From Bdellovibrionota bacterium (GTDB lineage Bacteria; Bdellovibrionota_G; JALEGL01; JAGRMV01), in the NCBI GenBank assembly GCA_041391405.1, contig JAWKOB010000003.1:39650-103649 (forward strand): DNA of 64,000 bases, given 5' to 3'. Shown here piece by piece: positions 59,852 through 64,000 of the stretch; the stretch's first letter is position 1, and each line of letters begins with the position of its first letter. The notes under the pieces were generated by a model. That model had not been told where the DNA came from and ran no database searches. It saw nothing but the letters and a program-made list of their open reading frames with translations. A program made the translations under genes and the position numbers.

Positions 59852-61740
59852 TGAGCGACATGAGCCACCAGATATTTTCTGCCTTCGCATCGGCAGTTAA
59901 AAATCTATCTACGGGTGTACTCAAAATTCAATCTGAAAAAAGTCTGCGCTTGTTCATGTTTTCAAAGGGAATTTGCGTGGATGTTGGAAGCAACGTCAAA
60001 GAAGAGCTACCTGGAAGCTTTTTATTCAAGAAAAAGGTTCTGAGTGAAGCTCAGTATCAAAACTATCTTCAGAAATGTTTCGCACCCAAAACAAATCAAT
60101 GGATGCTCGCAAATGCAGATATTCAGCTTCAACCTCAAGCCATTCAAGATCATCGCAAAATATTGGCCATGAGCATTTTAAACGACTTGAATTTACATGG
60201 CATAACGGGATTTCAATTTCAATCGCTCCCGAACTTACCCGTCGACCAAGCTGTCATCCCTACAATGGATTTATTCCTGACACTTTCGGATAAATTTTCC
60301 ATCAACGATATCGAAATTATCAAGCCGGAAATCAAAGATATCAGCACCAGAGTTAGCATCGTTAAAGAACCGGATAAATTCACGATTTCAGAAGATCAAA
60401 TGGGTCTATTTACGATCATTCAGCACAATTCCACCGTTGCTGAAATCCTGGACTCAAGTTTTTTGGAAAAGGAAAAAATCCTGCAGTGGATTTTGGCTTT
60501 TGAAATCTCTGGTTTCATACGAATCGAGTCTCCATTGGAATCAGACAAACGAAAATTCGTTGAAACACTCAAAGATGACCAGCTTAAAAAACGTCAATGG
60601 TTGAAAAAAGAACTTCAAAGTTTGTCCGTTAAAAATTTCTACGAAATCCTTGGCATCGATCAAGGGGCGGATTCCGAAGAGATTCGGTTGGGATTCGAAA
60701 CTGAAACGAAGAAATTTTCATCGCCAGAGTTTCAAAAACTTTTTATACCTGGAGAAGAAAACTCTGCCAATGTCATCCTTGGCAAAATTACCCAAGCTCA
60801 CGCCATCCTCACATCTCTTGAAAAGAGGAAAGAATACAATGATTTCCTCAGCAAAGGATCAAAAGAAAATTTTTCAGATCAAAGCAGAGTCATCCAAGAA
60901 GAAAAACTTTTAGAGGAACTCAATGCCATCATTGCGGCTCGTAAATTTGATCAGGCTCTGACTTTCCTGGAAATCAATATTCAAAAAAATCCGACCTACT
61001 TGAAATTATATGATGTCTTGCTAAATTTGGTTCGAGAACTCAAAAAATTCACCGATGAGACATTCAATCAAAAAGTCTTTGATTTGCTAAAGACCGGCAT
61101 TGAAAAATCCCCCCATGAATCACATCTGTTCATTTTGCTGGGTGAATGGTGCCTTCTTCTTTCTCAGCAGGCCAATGCACTCAAAGCTTTTCAGAAAGCC
61201 CTGAATATCAAGGCTGGGTCCCACAAACTTCGCAGTTATGTTTTGCAGTTGGATCCCGACTCCGGACGACAAATCATTGTAGAAGCGATTTATCAAAACC
61301 TTGAGACGCTCAATCACTTTGAAATGATGGGCTTGGAACCCACCGCAACGGAAAAAGAGATTCGTGATACCTACCGAGATGTCAGCAAGCATTTTCACCC
61401 AGACCGCTTCTTCAACAGCAACAATCAAACCATCAAGGAAATTTCCAAGCGCGTTTTCAAGGAAATGGTCGCTTCATATCTTGTGTTGAAAGATGAAGAA
61501 AAACGAAAAGAATACATCGATCATCTTTTTTCATCCCAACGCAAAAAAGAAGAAAAAACCAAAGGCACCATGCCAAAATCACCTCAAGCTCGCCGTTACT
61601 ATGACCAAGCTGTTCGGTTCATGGAGGAAAAAAACTATTCTTCGGCAAAACTCAACATTCAGTTGGCCATCAGTTATGAATCGGACAATTATTTGCTTCA
61701 AAAAATGCTGAAAGAAATCAATCTCAAGTTGACCACATAA
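59851..61740 (+). CDS. multidomain J-protein: DUF4388-like N-terminus + degenerate J-like domain + TPR-like helices + canonical J domain (HPD)
   Basis: 629 aa. FYEILGIDQGADSEEIRLGFETETKKFSSPEF has no HPD, whereas HFEMMGLEPTATEKEIRDTYRDVSKHFHPDRF does. TAATG overlap with the Hsp70 gene. Confidence 0.75.
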   Translation: MSDMSHQIFSAFASAVKNLSTGVLKIQSEKSLRLFMFSKGICVDVGSNVKEELPGSFLFKKKVLSEAQYQNYLQKCFAPKTNQWMLANADIQLQPQAIQDHRKILAMSILNDLNLHGITGFQFQSLPNLPVDQAVIPTMDLFLTLSDKFSINDIEIIKPEIKDISTRVSIVKEPDKFTISEDQMGLFTIIQHNSTVAEILDSSFLEKEKILQWILAFEISGFIRIESPLESDKRKFVETLKDDQLKKRQWLKKELQSLSVKNFYEILGIDQGADSEEIRLGFETETKKFSSPEFQKLFIPGEENSANVILGKITQAHAILTSLEKRKEYNDFLSKGSKENFSDQSRVIQEEKLLEELNAIIAARKFDQALTFLEINIQKNPTYLKLYDVLLNLVRELKKFTDETFNQKVFDLLKTGIEKSPHESHLFILLGEWCLLLSQQANALKAFQKALNIKAGSHKLRSYVLQLDPDSGRQIIVEAIYQNLETLNHFEMMGLEPTATEKEIRDTYRDVSKHFHPDRFFNSNNQTIKEISKRVFKEMVASYLVLKDEEKRKEYIDHLFSSQRKKEEKTKGTMPKSPQARRYYDQAVRFMEEKNYSSAKLNIQLAISYESDNYLLQKMLKEINLKLTT

Positions 61741-61789
61741 TATCTGATCCAAAGTTGATTTTTCGCGGCCAGAACTACATAATAGATGC

Positions 61790-63484
61790 ATGAAAAAGCT
61801 CACTTTTTTGGCCATTTTATTCGCATTTTCATCCGTTTCAGCCATCGATCTGGGCGCTGGACTACCCTTTGACTACCTGCATGTCCATGTGGCTCCAGAC
61901 CCGGTCAATGCCCGCAATGGCAATTTCTATCTTCCACTTCCTGATTATTATCAAAGCTGCTTTGGATTTCCGCTGGAAGTTTACCGTTCCTACAACAGCT
62001 TTTCGACCCGCAACGGTCCTTTTGGCGGCGGATGGACCTTCAATTATGACATTCAGATCGCTGTAACTGACAAAGGATCGATTCAAATCATCGAACCAGA
62101 TGGCTTCATCAACGAGTATGTCGCGGTTGAGCAAGCCAATGAAAGCTCTGGGAACGTGATCAAAAAAATCGTCGCTGCACGAAAAGCTGAAGATGTTGCT
62201 TATATGAAAAAGAAGGATGGCAAGGGTGATGCATTCTATGCTGATCTTGAAAAAAAACTGAAGCAGGATTCGGATTTCTTAAAACGACAATCCGATAGAT
62301 ATATCGGTGCAAGTAAAAAATCGTCACAAAGCGGAAAATACGTTTCCTATGCGCGAGGCACGACGTACTTGACCAAAAGCGACTCTGGATACACACGCGC
62401 AACTTCAACTGGCCAAGAAGAAACGTACAATCTGGATGGCGGAATCATTCGCATCTCGGATCGCAATGGAAATGAACTGAAATTTACCTACGATAAAAAA
62501 CGACGGTTGAACAAGGTTTTGGACTCATGCGGGAATTATCTGGATATTTTTTACGGTGAGAATAATAAAATTTCTCGAATCAAAGACTCATTTTCCCGCG
62601 AGATGAGCTACCAGTACAACAAGGATCTTCAATTAACTTCCAGCACAGGAACAGACAAAAAAACAATCGCGTACACTTACGATAAATTCTTGCGTATGGA
62701 CACCATCACATTCAAAGAAGATGGAAGCAAAACGCTCATCGTTTACGACCCCAAAACCAGCAAGGTTATTGCCCAGGAAGGTCCAGGAAAAAAGAAGACC
62801 ACCTACGAATACAGCAAAGTCGCTGGAACCGTTTCCACCAGAATCAAGGACAACCAAGGTGAAAATACACTCTATGAGTACATGGACAAGGAAAACAAAA
62901 TTCGCCAGACCGACGCGAACAACGTCGTGACAACGACCGTGTTGTCCGAATGCTGCGGAAAGCCTCTACTTATCGAATCTTCCCAAGGCATTCGCGATAA
63001 ATTTGAATACAACAAAGATGGAAATCTGGTCTCCAAAGTCGATGCAAAGGGAAATCGTACCACCTTCGATTACGAACCAAGATTCCAGCAAGTTTCTGAG
63101 ATCAAAGAACATACTGGTGAAGCCATTCGCTATCGCTATGATCAGCGTGGCAACCTTACCTTTGCGAAAAAAACCTCCGCTGATGAAAAAAATTCCAGTT
63201 TTGTAAAACTCACTTATGAAACTCATGGAAAAATTCAAAGCATCATCGATGATCAGGATCAAGAAGTGAAATTCTCCTATTCGCGCATTGGAAAACCAAC
63301 GGCGATTGAGTTGTGGAAAAACAAACGTCGCACTTCGGAAATTCGTGTTCAATATAACGATGACGGCGACATGGAAAATCTGCAATATGTTCCGAACAAT
63401 CCGGAAACAGCCAATCAAATCAAGGAAACATTGAAAGCTTATTTGATGCTTCTCAAACCGGCAGGCATCGACTTTGAAATCTGA
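61790..63484 (+). CDS. secreted short YD/RHS-repeat protein
   Basis: 564 aa. Signal peptide MKKLTFLAILFAFSSVSA. RHS N-terminal core pattern (NGNFYLPLPDY..LEVYRSYNS..GPFGGGWTFNYD). At least 6 YD repeats (YTYDKKRRL, YQYNKDLQL, YTYDKFLRM, FEYNKDGNL, FDYEPRFQ, YRYDQRGNL). Confidence 0.8.
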   Translation: MKKLTFLAILFAFSSVSAIDLGAGLPFDYLHVHVAPDPVNARNGNFYLPLPDYYQSCFGFPLEVYRSYNSFSTRNGPFGGGWTFNYDIQIAVTDKGSIQIIEPDGFINEYVAVEQANESSGNVIKKIVAARKAEDVAYMKKKDGKGDAFYADLEKKLKQDSDFLKRQSDRYIGASKKSSQSGKYVSYARGTTYLTKSDSGYTRATSTGQEETYNLDGGIIRISDRNGNELKFTYDKKRRLNKVLDSCGNYLDIFYGENNKISRIKDSFSREMSYQYNKDLQLTSSTGTDKKTIAYTYDKFLRMDTITFKEDGSKTLIVYDPKTSKVIAQEGPGKKKTTYEYSKVAGTVSTRIKDNQGENTLYEYMDKENKIRQTDANNVVTTTVLSECCGKPLLIESSQGIRDKFEYNKDGNLVSKVDAKGNRTTFDYEPRFQQVSEIKEHTGEAIRYRYDQRGNLTFAKKTSADEKNSSFVKLTYETHGKIQSIIDDQDQEVKFSYSRIGKPTAIELWKNKRRTSEIRVQYNDDGDMENLQYVPNNPETANQIKETLKAYLMLLKPAGIDFEI

Positions 63485-63993
63485 TGTCACATATTATTAT
63501 CGATGGATATAACTTGCTCGCTCAATCCGACTTCAAGGATCGAGATGAGCTTTTAAAACACCTAAAGCGATATCAAAAATCACACGGTCATAAAATCACG
63601 GTCTTCTTTGATGGTACCCACCGTGGGCCTGGAAGTGGTGACAAATACATGGAAGAATACGTCGAGGTGATTTTTTCACCTTTGACCGTGACAGCTGATG
63701 ACATGATAGAAGAGTTTTTGGAAACCAAAGCAAAATCGAACATGGTTGTGGTTTCTTCCGATCATCGAATTCAAAAAGCCGCTTCAGCCAAACGGCTTTC
63801 CCATCTGGAAGCGAAGGAATTTTGTTTCAAACTCAAATACAATTCCAGCGCGACATCCAATGCCAGGGCTCTTCCGTGGATGGAAGGCCGTACTACGGAG
63901 GAAGAAAGTCCTCGGCCTGCAAAAAAGGGCGGAAACCCTCGCAAAAAATCAAAAAAAGACCGTCAAAAACAACGCACAATGAAGAAGCTTTGA
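63484..63993 (+). CDS. NYN/PIN-like nuclease-domain protein (YacP/Rae1 family) with lysine-rich tail
   Basis: 169 aa. MSHIIIDGYNLLAQS N-terminus, VFFDG, and TADDMIEE..VVSSD, typical of YacP. The tail is RPAKKGGNPRKKSKKDRQKQRTMKKL. TGATG overlap with the YD gene. Confidence 0.7.
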   Translation: MSHIIIDGYNLLAQSDFKDRDELLKHLKRYQKSHGHKITVFFDGTHRGPGSGDKYMEEYVEVIFSPLTVTADDMIEEFLETKAKSNMVVVSSDHRIQKAASAKRLSHLEAKEFCFKLKYNSSATSNARALPWMEGRTTEEESPRPAKKGGNPRKKSKKDRQKQRTMKKL

Positions 63994-64000
63994 TTATTTA

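Noticed and set aside
1-64000. Alternative genetic code (TGA recoding) as the explanation for the broken genes
   Set aside because: In every case checked (obg, add, ldh, tmk, holB, tatD, PilZ genes, bEBP) the conserved continuation is in a different frame, not beyond an in-frame stop. The breaks are frameshifts, not stop-codon read-through.
1-64000. CRISPR arrays, rRNA genes, integrases, phage structural genes, reverse transcriptases, known defence-system cores
   Set aside because: Reading both strands, I found no direct-repeat/spacer array, no rRNA-like segment, no tyrosine/serine recombinase, no RT, and no recognisable Cas, restriction-modification, CBASS, Thoeris or retron components. This was manual inspection only, so small or divergent elements could have been missed.

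Overview
64-kb chromosomal window from a Gram-negative bacterium. The gene content suggests a Bdellovibrio-like or Myxococcota-like lineage: ftsK-lolA, RNase J, tandem DUF507, anmK, a sigma-54 activator, a type IV pilin-like gene, and many FHA/GGDEF/PilZ/TPR/PEGA/HEAT proteins. That placement is inference only. I count about 60 protein genes and one tRNA-Phe(GAA). I saw no rRNA and no CRISPR array.

Housekeeping genes: rimO, lolA, ftsK, rnj, rsmE, anmK, hemW-grpE-dnaK, rplU-rpmA-obg, rsfS-rlmH, add, a Leu-type amino-acid dehydrogenase, mltD, rlpA, tmk-holB-tatD, a suhB-like IMPase and ilvA.

Unusual content:
(i) An AT-richer islet of three secreted proteins of unknown function (13.7-16.9 kb). 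It is followed by a ~1-kb cassette carrying a nucleotidyltransferase-fold gene, bracketed by a diverged duplicate of the hemW promoter and 5' end.
(ii) A 160-bp element with perfect 24-bp inverted termini that overlaps the rsmE stop codon, plus a RayT-type Y1 transposase fragment at the left edge.
(iii) An operon encoding an FHA / I-site-only degenerate GGDEF / sigma-54 AAA+ activator, two unknown proteins and a PilZ protein.
(iv) At the right edge, a translationally coupled cluster: lidless Hsp70, a double-J-domain TPR protein, a secreted mini YD-repeat protein and a NYN nuclease.
(v) A structured leader with a terminator in front of add that does not fit the purine riboswitch.

Caveat: the sequence carries many 1-nt indels, mostly at homopolymers. 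They are very dense between 44.6 and 52.9 kb and hit essential genes (obg, tmk, holB). There are also locally compensated frameshift pairs in dnaK and holB, and an apparent dnaK-lipoprotein fusion. I read these as assembly or polishing errors rather than gene decay. Coordinates of disrupted genes, typed 'pseudogene' as assembled, are therefore approximate.
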